The notes under the pieces were generated by a model. It saw nothing but the letters and a program-made list of their open reading frames with translations, was not told the origin of the DNA and searched no databases. A DNA stretch of 64,000 bases. Source: Felis catus (lineage: Eukaryota). The stretch's first letter is position 1, and each line of letters opens with the position of its first letter. Both the position numbers and the translations under genes were made by a program. The stretch lies in NCBI RefSeq assembly GCF_018350175.1, contig NC_058368.1:234424001-234488000 (forward strand). Direction: 5' to 3'. Shown here piece by piece: positions 1 to 15,292 of the stretch.

Positions 1-600
1 ATTCTAAGTCTTCTACAAGGAGCACATACTTCGACCGCAGGTGTATTTGCATGTGATACCAGCATGGATTGCGAGTCCTGGCCCCTCATACGTTTGGAAC
101 AGACCAGAGGAGTAAGAGGGAGAGAAATGAGGCTTCCCAGGCTGAAGGTCTGTGATCGCCATCGGAAGAGCTCAGGGAGGATCGGGCAAAATTAACTACA
201 AGTAGACACTCAGAGTGTCTGCAGGCAAGTTCCCAGATGTTAAGGAAAACAGAAAGTATTCTGTAAACACCTGGGAAGGGAAATGGATTACCAACAAGAA
301 CAAAGGTCACCAAAGCTAGCCTGTGTCACTGTGCTTGCTGCACAGTGGTGACCAGAGCTCCGTGCTCCTCGCCCTCTCAAGCCCTGTGCTGCATGGAGTG
401 TTTTCTTGGGCTACGAGCCAGAGAGACTGATGCCGTACGAAACCCAACTCACTGGTCAGTAAGTCCACGCCCGTGTGCTAGGTGTGGTCTGCTTGGAGGG
501 AGAAATACCTGAGGGAAAGCATCCCCATCAGACGTCAACACTTGGGCAACAACTTGGAATCACGATCCTTTAAACTTTTAAGGTACGATTTTCAGGTTTC

Positions 601-821
601 TAAAATGTTAAATGTTTCTTTTCGGACATAGTTATTTACTATTTTAATAGTTTTAAAGTTTTATTGATTTGTTCATTTGGAGAGAGAGAGAGAATCCCAA
701 GCAGACTCCGTGCTGCCAGCCGGGAGCCCGACGGGGGTCTCGAACCCACAAAACTTGAGATCATGACCCGAGCCAAAATCAAGAGTCAGACGCTTAACCG
801 ATGGAGCCACCGGGGCGCCCC
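601..821 (-). mobile_element. CAN-SINE (older SINEC-type)
   Basis: tRNA-derived head, CT tract and A tail on minus; TSD GATTTTCAGGTTTC at 587-600 and 823-836. Confidence 0.9.
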
Positions 822-1480
822 TGATTTTCAGGTTTCCGAATCCAGATATGAGCTGTGGGACCACGTAATTCACAAACTGAACTATGAGAATTATCTCCTG
901 AAATGTTTTCCCAGCAAACTAGAATAACAACATGTAGTTATTTTTGCAGAGAAACAGCATGTTCATCCAGCAAGTGATTTGACTCTCGAAATAAAAGCAA
1001 TTGGACATCATGTCCCAGGTACAATAAAACACCCCTTTTGGTGATTTGGCAGCCATTTAGGTCGACTTAATCATTTTAGACGTTTAAAACTGAGAATGGT
1101 TGTTAATTTTAATAACAGGCTGTCACCACTTTTTTTTCTCAACAATTCGACGTCACTGAATTCTACAGCACCTCCAAGATGTGGATCAGTTCCTGTTTGG
1201 GTTTTTTTTGTTGTTGTTGTTGTTTTCCCCTCTGTAACACTCTTTTGCAACGAACTGCACAGATCCCTATAAGGCCACATACTTAATTAAGCTCTGTGCG
1301 CTTTTAAGGCAAGGTTACAGACACGATGAATATTTCACTACCTGTAATTCTATACTTTTGTATAAAAGGTTTTTTTCTCTCAAATTATTTGCGTCCACAA
1401 GGCAAGGGCCAGGGGTTCGGTGTATCCCCCACCTCCAGTGTTTCCTGACATCTTCTAACATCACACACGCCATATGCCAC

Positions 1481-1706
1481 TTTTATTTACTCATTTTTTA
1501 AATGTGTATTTATTTTTGAGAAAGAAAGAGAGACAGAGTGCCAGCTGGGGAGGGCAGGGAGAGAGAGGGAGACACAGAATCTGAAGCAGGCTCCAGGCTC
1601 TGAGCTGTCAGCACAGAGCCCGATGCGGGGCTTGAACCCACAAACCATAAGATCATGACCTGAGCCAAAGCTGGATGCTTAACCGACTGAATCACCCAGG
1701 CGCCCC
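1481..1706 (-). mobile_element. CAN-SINE (SINEC_Fc-like)
   Basis: Typical body; TSD CATATGCCAC at 1471 and 1709. Confidence 0.92.
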
Positions 1707-3174
1707 AGCATATGCCACATTTAAAAGTGAGGCTAGGGCCTGGCTCTCCCCAAGGGGCCACCAGCAGAACAGAACAGGAGAAAGGATGAGTCGATGTAGG
1801 GGAGATTCTTTGGGGATCACAATCAGGGGTTAACAACAGAATCGAGGTCCTGCAAGGTCACAGATCTGGCTGGGCACAGACCTTGGGGGAGGGTGTTAGG
1901 ATGACGAGGGCCTTGTGGGCATCTGAAAGTCTGCCCTCCGGGGGCCATCCAGCTCTCTCCCTCTGCCTCAGGGTAAAGGTGGTCACTGGGGCCTCGGTGG
2001 TAACCAGCGCCATGTGCTCAAGTGGGACTTCCTGACAACGGTTAAACGGGCAAGCGAATGAATAAATCCAGCAACTCCCTCATTCACTAACTCACTGCCT
2101 CGTGGGAAGCAGAAGTTCATGGGCAAGGGCAGCCTTCGGCTCAGTGAATACTGAAAAAACCTGCTTGGCAGGAGAGAGAGCAGCAGAACAGGAGGGCCGA
2201 GGGCAGTCTAGGGAGCCATACCGAGGGACTCTGCAGACGCACGGATGCTTGGTGAGTGCCCGCAGGGAACCACTGCCAATGGCCAGCGCGCGCTTGCCTG
2301 CAGGACCCCAGGCACCGCTCCACGCACAGCAAAACCAAGGGTGGTGTGAGAAGATACCACCCGAGCCCTCAAGGACCCAGAAGCCCTGTGATCGGCGTGG
2401 GAGCTCAGTGCAGACGGGATTCGGGTGCACACTGTAACCATCCAGGGCTGTGGGACTGTGCTGTCTGCCATGGATTAAAAATGCGCCTACAAATGTCCTT
2501 TCCTGCCCATGGGGGAAGTGCTCAGGGCCCCGGGACGTTCTTTCCCACACCTATCCCCTCTTCCCCTCCTTCTCTGACTCTTCCGCCAAGAAGATCCTGT
2601 AGATTCTTCTGTCTTGCGTTCCTGCACTCCTTAAGGAAGTATCTTGTCTCTACATCCCCAGTAATGAGTATAGTGCCAGGTATGTTAATCAATCTTCAGA
2701 AACGTGTGCCGAATAAATGCATGAAGACACATGGGCTGCCCCTCTCCTGTAAGCAAACACCCCCTTTCCCATTGACGGTGGGAAAGCCTCTGCACCTGCC
2801 TTTGGTCCTCCCCACTCCATCAGGTGGCTAAAACTTCCCTGGGGCAGGGCCCTGCCTCACTCCTGGGTGATCTCAGAGCTCAGCATAGGGCCTCCGCAGC
2901 TCACAGTGTCTGGTCTTCCTCAGTCCTGTGTCCTGGGCAGGGCCCCGTGCAAATGGCGGGGTTGCACAAATGCTGGCTGGGTTGGCCGGATGCTTTACAA
3001 CAAGTGCTAAATGCTGTTTGCATTTCTGTTCCGAGCTCTCGCTTAGGTCAAATGACCGTTTAATAAATTAGTTGCTTGAGTAGAATGGAAAATGTTGATC
3101 TTCCCTATTTGAAAACAAATGTCCCAAAACCCACAGGCTATAGATGTACTATAACATGTAGGACTTGAAAATAT

Positions 3175-3322
3175 GGGCTCTGTGCTGACAGCTCAGAGCC
3201 TGGAGCCTGCTTAGGATTCTGTGTCTCCTTCTCTCTCTGCCCCTCCCCTTTTCATGCTCTGTCTCTGCCTCTTTCTCTCAAAAATAAATGAACTTTAGAA
3301 AGAAAAGAAAAAAGGAAAAATA
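3175..3322 (+). mobile_element. 5'-truncated CAN-SINE
   Basis: Starts at GGGCTCTGTGCTGACAGCTCAGAGCC; CT tract and A tail. Confidence 0.88.
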
Positions 3323-3774
3323 AATAGCCTAGCCAGTTAAAAACCCATGCCTGACCTAGCAAATTCTCTGGAGTCGTTTTTAAAACCACTGTTTTTGGAA
3401 TCAGGGCTTAGTCTCAACACCCTCTTGTCCAGTAGCCTCCGGTAAAACACCCAAATTCTGAGTCTCAGTGGCCTCCCCTATCTGAATGGTCTAGTCAAGC
3501 TCTGTCATGCTCAAGATGACTCTGGCTCCGGGGGACGCTGCATTCAACCAGTCTCCCACTACAGTGAGCTCAGAAACAATTAAACATAATGTTTTGAGTT
3601 AAAAAGCTCAACACAGGCTTTCAAAGTTCTGTAAAGTGTTCCCTTTACACATTTTCAGTGTCACGTCTTCAGAAACTTCTTGTTGGTACTTGAGACTGGC
3701 CGCAGGCATCCACGAACAATATCTGGAGTACATGTACATGTGCCCATCTGCACAGTGATATGGAACGGGGTCGC

Positions 3775-4000
3775 TGTCTACTGAGCATTTAGATTTGCCA
3801 GCACTGTGCAGGCATTTTATGGAATTGTCTTTATTTAAATGCATGCCGGTCCCGCGGGCTGGCACCATCACTGTGCCCATTTCATTGATGGGAAACCTGG
3901 TGCAGAACAGCTTTGTAACTTATCCCATGTCCCCCGGTGATGTGGTTGGGATCTGACCCGACCACATAGCAGTCTGACCCCAGAACTTGCTTTTGGCCAT
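3775..4000 (-). mobile_element. MIR (ancient SINE) fragment
   Basis: Degenerate match to the MIR core (CCCATTTCATTGATGGGAAAC...GTAACTTATCCCATGTC). Confidence 0.6.
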
Positions 4001-4458
4001 TAGAAAAATGGACGGACACGTTCCAGCATGTTTATGGAGAAACGTAGGCAGACATGAGAACTGTACCAACGTTCAAATTGCAATAATGCTCAAACATGTT
4101 ACAAAAGAAAACTAACAGTTGGACGACAATTTTGCTTACGGGAATAATCGTGGAGAGTCAGGAACACAGGACTCAGAAAGCCTCTGTTGAACATTTGACT
4201 CTGCCTGTTTAAAGCACCTGCATAAACGCAGATAGGGAACACACTGAACCAGGGACTCCTGAAGCGAAAATAGTCCGGAAGATGGGCACACACGGATGCT
4301 TCCTTTTTCCTATTTATCAAGTGGGTGTTGTGAGGTGGGACCCAAAATCAGAGAGGTCAAGTCAACTGCCCCCAGTTACAGAGTAAGTGAACCCAGCTCT
4401 CTCAGATGCCGAGAACATCCTTTTAAACTGTGCAGCTGTTTGAAGTCTGAATGAAAAT

Positions 4459-4657
4459 TAAAAAAAAAAAAATGTTTATTTTTGAGAGAGAGAGAGAGAG
4501 ATCGTGAGTGGGTGACGAATAGGGAGAGGGGGAGACACGGAATCCGAAGCAGGCTCCAGGCTCTGAGCTGTCAGCCCCAATGTGGGGCTCGAACTCATGG
4601 ACCGTGATCATGACCTGAGCCGAAGTTGGACGCTCAACCCAGACACCCAGGTGCCCC
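4459..4657 (-). mobile_element. CAN-SINE
   Basis: Typical body; TSD CTGAATGAAAA. Confidence 0.9.
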
Positions 4658-5097
4658 TGAATGAAAAATTTTAAATTTTGAGTTGAAACTTTTGTTCAGC
4701 CATTTGTTTTAGCTGTGTAAAAGTCAACCCTTAAGAGCTGGAGAGAGCCCCAACTTACCGGGAGACCTGAAGATTTCAGGCACAGCCATTTTAAATTACC
4801 AAAACATTTGGAAATCTCCTTACAGATTTTATGTCTTTAAGGTCATTGGCTGGAAAGCTACTCCCACCGTCTTGGGACCCCTTGCACAATGTAGGGGTGA
4901 AGGTCTCTGCACGTGACGCCTTCAAGTGCATGCAGTCCATGTATGGTAAAGGGGGTATCACCAAGCATGCAGTTCTAGAAAACTAGGCTTCCAGCTTGCA
5001 GGTGAACACTTGGCTGCATAAAAACAGCTCCACCCACTACAATGAGACCAAAATGGAAAAAGCACAAAAAGGAGCCAAAAACCATCGCCTAAGATAA

Positions 5098-6762
<1,665 letters not shown>

Positions 6763-7262
6763 TAAGGGGCCGCGCCCAGCCTTCCTGTGCCGGGGGAGTT
6801 GGGGCTGGCTAGAGACGCGGGCGCCCCCGTCACCCCGATAAGTGCTGCGGTGCTGGAGAGCTGCTGCTCGTCGGCGCTGTTGACCCGAGGGTCTGCAAAC
6901 ATTGCACGGAGGAGGGAGCACGAGGGTCGGACGGAACAGGCCGAGGAGGTGTTGCAAGGTGGGAGGCTAGGATCAGACGTGAAAGCGCGATCCGAGAGGG
7001 ATTCGTGAGCTGAGGACGCCTCCCCCTTTGCAACGCGTGAACGTTAGTGGCGTTCCAGAGTTCCTGTGAAACTCCGCGTCTCTGTCCGTTGCATCTTTCC
7101 GAGAGGAGTCGCAAGCAAATGAGAACCTGTGGGAATGTTTAGGAGGGAAGGAATGCAGGTAGTAGTCCCTTTAGCTTATCGGTTAGCCAAGGAGCAGCTC
7201 GGATTGTTTAAACTCTGAAGGAAGAGGAAAAGGCCAGGATGCAAGAATGTCTTCGGCGCTAA

Positions 7263-7460
<198 letters not shown>

Positions 7461-8417
7461 TAGGTAAAACAAGTCTTCATCCTGTTGGATGTTTCTTTGA
7501 GATTTTAGTCTTTGTCGTTTGGCTGCGTGTTTTCTGGGCAACATGTTTGTTAGGAGCGTGTGAGAATCTGAATGTACTTTATAGACACCCTCGTGTTCTT
7601 TTTACGCGGTACTTTTTATCTGTGTTACTTTATACTGGAGTATATAGCTTTTCACGCGTGATTTGCAGCTGTCCCGGAGTCATTCAGTTCAGTTAATTTT
7701 TCCAAGTGCATCAGCCTCTGTCCTTCCATGATGGACACTTCTACCTGTTTTCACCTGCACCCCTTGTTTTCTCACGTCAGAACTGCTGCTGTGTGGTTTC
7801 TACCTTCAGCAGAAGGATACAGTCCACCTGACCAGGGTCACCACGGACCAGCCCAGCTGATTGTGGATTTCCACTGTGTCCAGCGCTAGTGGGGACTCCT
7901 GCCCTCCGTGCTGACCCTTTATTTACTTGCCCTGGAAGTATCCTGTGGATTATTTGCTCCTCGTGGCCTAGTTCAGGTCTCAGTGAAGTGAAGGCAGTCC
8001 CAAAGGTCTTGGAAGGCGCCTGGAGTATTCACGCACAGACTCCAGAGGCGCCTAGCCCAGGGTAATCTGTAAACATAAAAGTCATTGAATTGTTACAGTT
8101 CCACATTTCGGATTATCAATTTTGAGGCATTGTGAGTCCTCCCAAAGTGATGATTTTAAATGATTGCTATAAAAAGCTGAATTTTCTCTTCCAGGGGTCA
8201 TACGGGTTTTCCAGTGGCCATATCACAGATGTGTGCAACACACACAGTTGGAGTGAATGCAGACTGGCCAAATGTTTAAGTCTGCATTCAGCCAAGCTCA
8301 AGAGCAGATACACCATTATAGAATGCGCTTCTTGGATATGAAAATAAATCTACAGTTTTAAGCCAAAAAAATACCATGATGGATTTTGTACGAAGATTTT
8401 AAAAGCTCAAATGTTCT

Positions 8418-8631
8418 TTTTTTTTTTTTCAACGTTTATTTATTTTTGGGACAGAGAGAGACAGAGCATGAGCAGGGGAGGGGCAGAGAGAGAGGGAGAC
8501 ACAGAATCGGAAACAGGCTCCAGGCTCTGAGCCATCAGCCCAGAGCCTGACACGGGCTCGAACTCATGGACCGCGAGATCGTGACCTGGCTGAAGTCGGA
8601 CGCTTAACCTACTGCGCCACCCAGGCACCCC
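8418..8631 (-). mobile_element. Young SINEC_Fc-like SINE in NSUN2 intron 3
   Basis: Perfect 17-bp TSD AAAAGCTCAAATGTTCT at 8401 and 8632. Confidence 0.93.
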
Positions 8632-9201
8632 AAAAGCTCAAATGTTCTAATGCAGGAAATGACTTGAGTGGTTACTAGATGCATGGACCCCTGTACTGAG
8701 GTCATTAGAAAAGGAATGTTTTTCCAACTGCTGTACCTGTGACATTGCTAGGTCACCTCGCCTTCGCATAATCCAGCTTCCTCTGCTGTCTTAGTAACCA
8801 GGTTACAGACTTAACTCCCCCCAGTGCCTTGGTTTGGAGATTGGACTGATGTTACTGGTGTTTGTAGCAGGGGCCATCTGATATTTTCAGAAGTGGGTTT
8901 AAGGTTGTGTTTGTGTACGTTTCTAATAGTTCTGCATGTGTTGACTGCTTCACATAATCACCTGAAAACATTTGTTCCTTCAGCCTTATATTTAGAAATG
9001 AAGTTTTTTGGAAGAGCAAGTCTGGCCCGTAGGAGGAGCTGAAAAGCGTGCATCCTGTAAGGGAAGAAGTGCTTCTGGGTGGGTCATTGTGGGACTTCTC
9101 TTCTGCAGGTTCCAAAAGATCTATGAGAATTAGTCTTGCTATTTTTATTGTTCACTGGAAACTAGAGTTAAAATTTTGTTTGACTAGCCCTTTTAACATT
9201 T

Positions 9202-9375
9202 TTTTTAATGTGTATTCATTTTTGAGAAACAGAGTGCAAACAGAAGTGGGGCAGAGAGAGAGGGAGACACAGAATCCGAAACAGGATCCCAGGTTCTGAG
9301 CTCTCAGCACAGAGCCCGATGCGAGGCTCGAACTCACAGACCATGAGATCGTGTCCTGAGCCACCCCAGTCGCCC
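9202..9375 (-). mobile_element. CAN-SINE with internal deletion
   Basis: TSD GCCCTTTTAACATTT at 9187 and 9377. Confidence 0.9.
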
Positions 9376-9837
9376 TGCCCTTTTAACATTTGACAGACGC
9401 TTTTCCATCTTGATTGTTGAAGAATGGCAATGGGTACCTGAAAAGGCAGTTCTCCAACATCTGAGAAAGGCCCTGTGGGTTGTTTGGTTGAAGGATGAAC
9501 GGGAGTGACTCTAGTAACTACCAGTCATTCTCCACTTTCATCTGAGCACACAGCTAAAGGGTGTAAACAACTCAAATACTGCCCTATTTGGGTTCCTAAT
9601 GGTCAGCTTTTCCATGATCTGTGACAGTTACATGACAAGTTGTACCGTACAAACGTTCAGTCACAGTCACGCATCAGGTGTAGGCTACCCATAGATCTCT
9701 CAGCAAGCAAGCAAAGAAGACACTTCTGGTGGTTTTCTGTATGGTTCAAAAAACAAATAAGTCGTAAAATAGTCTAAATCTTTTGGTATATGGTAGAATT
9801 AAATTTAGGACAGCGTTTTGGGGAGTCATGATATTTT

Positions 9838-10282
9838 TTATTTTTTTTTATTAAAAAATTGTTTTTAATGTTTATTTATTTTTGAGAGAAAGAGTGAGAC
9901 AGAGTGAGCAGGGGAGGGTCAGAGAGAGGGAGATACAGAGTATGAAGCAGGCTCCAGGCTCTGAGCTGTCAGCACAGAGCCCAATGCAGGGCTCGAAGTC
10001 ATGGACCACGAGATCATGACCTGAGCTGAAGTTGGACGCCCGACCAACTGAGCCACCCAGGTGCCCCAGGGAGCCATGATATTTTAAATGATTTATTAAC
10101 AAATTTATTTGAGAGAGAAAGAGACACAGGAGGGTCAGAGAGGGAGGGAGAGAATCCCAAGCAGGCTCCACACCGTAAGTACAGAGCCCAACTTAGGGTT
10201 TGGACTCACAAACCACGAGATCGTGACCTGAGCCGAAACCCAAGAGTCGGGACGCTTGACCAACTGAACCACCAGGTGCCCC
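9838..10282 (-). mobile_element. Two tandem CAN-SINEs (9838-10067 and 10086-10282)
   Basis: Two complete bodies separated and flanked by three copies of GGGAG(T/C)CATG. Confidence 0.92.
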
Positions 10283-10688
10283 AAGGGAGCCATGTTTTTC
10301 TTGAAGGAATATTAAGTATAGGACGCATAGCTCGGACTGATTTCTTTTTTACCTTTTTGTAGACTCAGAACTGTAAGGAATTATCCCAAAGTGTTTTTAT
10401 AAAAGCCTCTTTTTGATGATCAGTTGTTGAGAATACACCTTATTGTCATTCTGTTTCTGTCCTTTTCAGTGTCTGGATTGAAGATGACTTCTCGTAAATG
10501 TTACTTTTCCCCTGTAAGAATTCACGAGGCATAAAGATGACAGTGGTGCTCTTACTTTATCCTCAGAAGACACAACAAATTTCCAAATAGGACTTTAAAG
10601 ACTGAGGAGTTACAGTCAAATTGCGTTAACTGAAAACTAAGTAGTTCTTTAAAGATATTTTATTTGATGTTAAAATCTACAGAGGGGT

Positions 10689-10893
10689 TTTTTTTTTTTT
10701 TTTTAATAGTTTTATTTGTTTTTGATAGTGTGCGGGAGAGGTTGCAGAGAGAGAGGGAGACAGAGAATCCGAAGCAGCTCCAGGGTCCAAGCTGTTAGCA
10801 CAGAGCCGGATGCAGGGCTTGAACCCATGAACTGTGAGATCATGACCTGAACCGAAGTCAGACGCTTAACCGACTGAGCCACTCTGGTGCCCC
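10689..10893 (-). mobile_element. CAN-SINE
   Basis: Poly-T, GA tract, body ending GGTGCCCC. Confidence 0.9.
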
Positions 10894-11869
10894 TTATGTA
10901 TTTTTTTTGTGACATTAGTAGCTTTCACGACCTTAACCACTTGGAGAAGAATTTTGACCTTAGTAAACTTAACGTTTTTTAACTATTGGAAATTCAGTCT
11001 AAAAGGCACGTAAGGAAATGTTTGCTCTGGCTCTATCTGGACTGTTGACCTATATTTGAAAATGAAAATTCAGCTATTGACGAATAATTATGGTGTGTGG
11101 CATTCAAATTTATGATATGTTGGTGATTTGCTACGGCGGTCCCTTGCAAAATTCACTGTCTCTGATAGCAGGCAGTTCAGGGTTGCAAGGAATTATATAA
11201 AACGAAGTGTCTGGCTCTCGGTCTTGGAAAGGTTCGTTGGAACAGCAGATTTTGCAGACCCTGCAGGGGAAGGCACATTTGAATGTGTTCCGCGCTTCAC
11301 CTCCAAGGAGGCCAAAGGGAAGAGTTCAGACTAAACGCTTTAATTGCCGAGTCAGTATGATTGTGTTTTGGTTTTAGATTTTTGAAGCAGGTTAAATACT
11401 GAAGAAGGAAGCAGGCATAGGAAATCGAGACAAGGTGCTGAGACATTTGGGGGGTGGCCACAGAGATTCAGCCAGTTTAATCTTTATTACCTGGTGGAAA
11501 GTACTTCTCAAGACACGTCCCGTAGTCTGACAGTTGGGTCGTGTCTTAAAATCTCAAGGCCTGAGTTTCTTTCAAGTAATCACTCTGCTTCATGGGGGTC
11601 AGATGTATTGTTTTGCCAGTGTTCTCATTTCACTTTCATGGCTGTCACCTTAGCTGCAACTGACACGTGGAAATTGTTAAATTGAGCTGGTTGTTCCCTT
11701 GAGACTGAGCTGTAAGTACTAAGACCGCAGTGAGACCACCGAGTACCATGTTGTGCATAGCTTGGGCCTGGGTCCTTGGAGCAAGGCTCTGTGTCACAGC
11801 AGTGTGCCTCCCGGAGCCGCTGGAGCTCAGTGATCAGGGCTGAGCCACGTTTGAAGAGGTCTGTGTCCT

Positions 11870-12049
11870 GGGGCGCCTGGATGGCCCAGTCGGTTAAGCG
11901 TCTGACTGCGGCTCAGGTCGTGATCTCGCGGTTCGTGGGTTCAAGCCCCGTGTTGGGCCCTGTGCTGACAGCTCAGAGCCTGGAGTCTGCTTTGGATTCT
12001 ATATCTCCTTCTCTCTGTCCCTCCCCCGATTGCATGCACACACACGGTG

Positions 12050-12101
<52 letters not shown>

Positions 12102-12146
12102 GCGCGTGCGCGGACGCATGCGCTAAAAAAATAAACGTTAAAAAAG
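11870..12146 (+). mobile_element. CAN-SINE with expanded (CT)n
   Basis: GGGGCGCCTGG head; (CT)n at ~12055-12099; A tail with AATAAA. Confidence 0.92.
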
Positions 12147-12770
12147 AGACCTATTAATCAGCGATGTCATCATCACAGAAAGTTTAAACGCGTGTATGGA
12201 AACGGCAGGAGAAGTTTCTTCATTCTCGGGTGTGTGTAAATAACAGCCTGGCCGTGCTGGTCAACACGGTGGCGCTAAGGTTTTCTGGTGTGTAAGACAG
12301 TTGAGTATGTTATCGGGCTGTTTTGTTTTAGACGTGGTGGGAGATACAGCGGGAAAGGTTGCAATTACATGTTCGCCAGGCCTTCTGATGGGTCCTCGAC
12401 TGCATTCTTTGACGGTGTGATGTGCGTTTCTTCAATTCGTTACGTCTCTTCTGACGGCCTCTCTACCGTCGTTAACATCGGCGGCGGAGAGCAGAGCAGC
12501 TCTTTGTCGTTTCCTCTTGCACGTTCGTCATCGTGGGTCCATGGTGATGTTGTACACGTCTGTCAAAACCGTCAGCTCTGCTTTTACTGCCTGGGCCATG
12601 ATAAGGTTACAGCCGGGCTCCCTATGGCCTAGGGGGCCCCGTGCCGTGCTCGCTGGCAGCCTGCGAAGACCACCAAAGTGAGGAACCGAGCAGAATTGGG
12701 TGTCTCTGGTTGCAGGATCTGTGTGAGCAAGGTGCTGTCAAGAGAGCACTTTGATAGATTTAAGCCGTAA

Positions 12771-12941
<171 letters not shown>

Positions 12942-14379
12942 TAAAGCCTTAGCCGCATGTGACTGTCACGGGTATGTTTTCTCCGCACGCGTTCCTGGGA
13001 GCGATGAGGTACATGGGGCACACGGAAAAGCATGTTTGTCGCCGTTCGTTTCCAGTGATCCACACAGCTGCTCCCTGGTTTGGCTCGTGTCCCAGTGGAA
13101 CGTAGGGAGGACGTTAGGGAGGATGTCAGGGACGCTTGTCCGCTGGGCGTCCTGTCTTCCTGCCTCTCTGGGGTTTTGGCTGCCACCAAAGCGGATAGAG
13201 CACGGCCCTCCGCGCAGTAAGGTGCCCTTCTGGAGACAGCTGTCGGTCTGCTCTCGGTGTATCATCTCTGTTCCTTCCTTGCTCCTGTCTGTACCCCACC
13301 TTTGCCCCAAAAAACAGGACTTGAATTTGACGACTCAGGTTCTCCTGTGTGATACCGTGCCCTCGCCCTGTCTCTTTGCCATCCCGAGTCTCTCGATTGT
13401 GGGTCAGTGTGTGGACTCACCCTCAGCATCAGGCCTCCTCTCCCAAAGTAGCTGTGCCCCTCCTGCCCTGCGTGATTAAACAGACACCCCTGGGTTTGGC
13501 TGTTGTAAGACGAGCTGCTTCCATCTTGGTTTTTGGGAATCGTTACTCTCCTGTTTGAAACGGGTTCCCCCTTCCTGTCCTCTAGTCTGCTTTCTCTAGC
13601 CAAGGAACCCTCTGTGTTTCCCCAGATGACGTTTCGTTTTGTTCACTCTGAGCTTCTGGGAACACTGGCAGGACCCCTGTGCTTCCCACGTGTCTCCCCT
13701 TGAAGCCGTGATCGGTCTAGAAGCTTTTCACCTTGCCCAGTCCTGACCTCTGCTCCACCTGCAGCTCTTAACTGCCACCCTGGCACTCTGTCCGAGGAGG
13801 AAACCCGCTGCCCAGGCTTGTGTTGGTCAGGCTTTCTCCCCACCCCCGTAAGGGAAAAAAACAGGTGCTGCCACATTCTTGGCTCTTTCCTTGCGTGGGT
13901 ACGAGCAGGGACCTTCTGGCTCTACTTTCGACCTAGGTGGTATGTCAGGTGAGGAGAAACTCAGAACAGTTCCAGTGTGAACGTCAGCAGAGCAGAGGGT
14001 TTGTGGGGAGGTGGGTGTCGAGTGTGGGTGGCGTATACGGACCGTAGGGACCCAGTATGGATTTTGGGCCGGGAGTCCGTAGGGTGAGATTGTGCTGGGG
14101 TATTCAAAGCTGCCCGCAAGCCGCTTCCAAACGTGTATGGAAGAAGTGACTGACTGCCAGGCTGTCTGGTCGGGGACTGTGTGTCCCCATACTACTCAGA
14201 TGCTTTGAACAAAAACTTGGATGAGGACAGGGCAGGCTTATCAGTATCGTACGTATAACCTGGAGCCAGGAGTCCGCGTGCCTTGCGAGCGATGGGGAGT
14301 CAGATCGTCTTCAGAGACCCCTTGCTGGCCAGAAGATCGGGTTTGGATGTGAGTCTGTATTTAGGTTCAGACAGATGCT

Positions 14380-14800
14380 AAGTGTGGGGTAAGTGAAGGC
14401 TGCCTGGATGGCTGTTCCGGTGCAGAAGACCCAGGTTGTACTGGAGCCGAAGTCTCCCGGCAGCCGAAGTTTCACTGCTTCTTAAAGCACTGTTACCTTC
14501 GAGGCGTTCAGTCTTAAGGCTGTTAAAACAGAGTGGTGATTGAGGCGAGTGCTGGACTCCATCCTGAACGCTTGTCCGAATGTGGAGGGGTCGTCACAGG
14601 TCCCCTGAGCCACCAGCAAAGACCTAGAGGACCGTTGGCGTCGTGAGAATGGTAGATCCTGTGTATCTTCGAGGCGGGGAGATGGGAGCGCCGGTCGATG
14701 TGTCCATCTTTTTGAGGGGCGGTTCTCAGGAGTAGAAAGCAGACATGGGCTGTTCCTAAAACCAGATGAGGACTAAAATGGAAGGTACCGGTTTAGCTGA
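14380..14800 (+). mobile_element. Possible highly decayed L3/CR1 LINE fragment
   Basis: Faint similarity to the L3 3' ORF2 region (GAAGACCCAGG...; GTAGAAAGCAGACATGGGCTGTT...); by eye only. Confidence 0.3.
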
Positions 14801-15196
14801 GAGGGAAGGCCCTGCTGGGTGGCTCTCTGTCCTGTGCTCGCAGGGATCGCTCTCTCTGTTGCTGCCGGTGCCTTAGGGCCATTGTCCACCTTTGAGAGTT
14901 GCTACCCCCAGCTTCCATTCTTGATGGTGCGTTGGGACCATGTCAGCTTAAATCCTCATTCTTTATAAAATTGAGTATTACACCTGCTTTTCTGATGTCC
15001 TTCTTTGGCCTTGAAATAGCAACCATTTACCCACTAGTATGAAAATAGGTCCTAATTATATCATGTGCTGTGTGATAGTATTAGCTGTTTTGTTTCACGT
15101 ATGGTGAATAAATGGTCTTATTCTGTTACGTATGAAATAATGCCCAATATTGAAATTTTCCGCCTTTTTAAACATTCTGATTTTTTTTTTTTTTAA

Positions 15197-15292
<96 letters not shown>

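Noticed and set aside
1510..1836. Recurring peptide 'AQVMISRFVSSSPASGSVLTAQSLEPASDSVSPSLS' here and at many other ORFs
   Set aside because: Translation of CAN-SINE consensus, not a gene family
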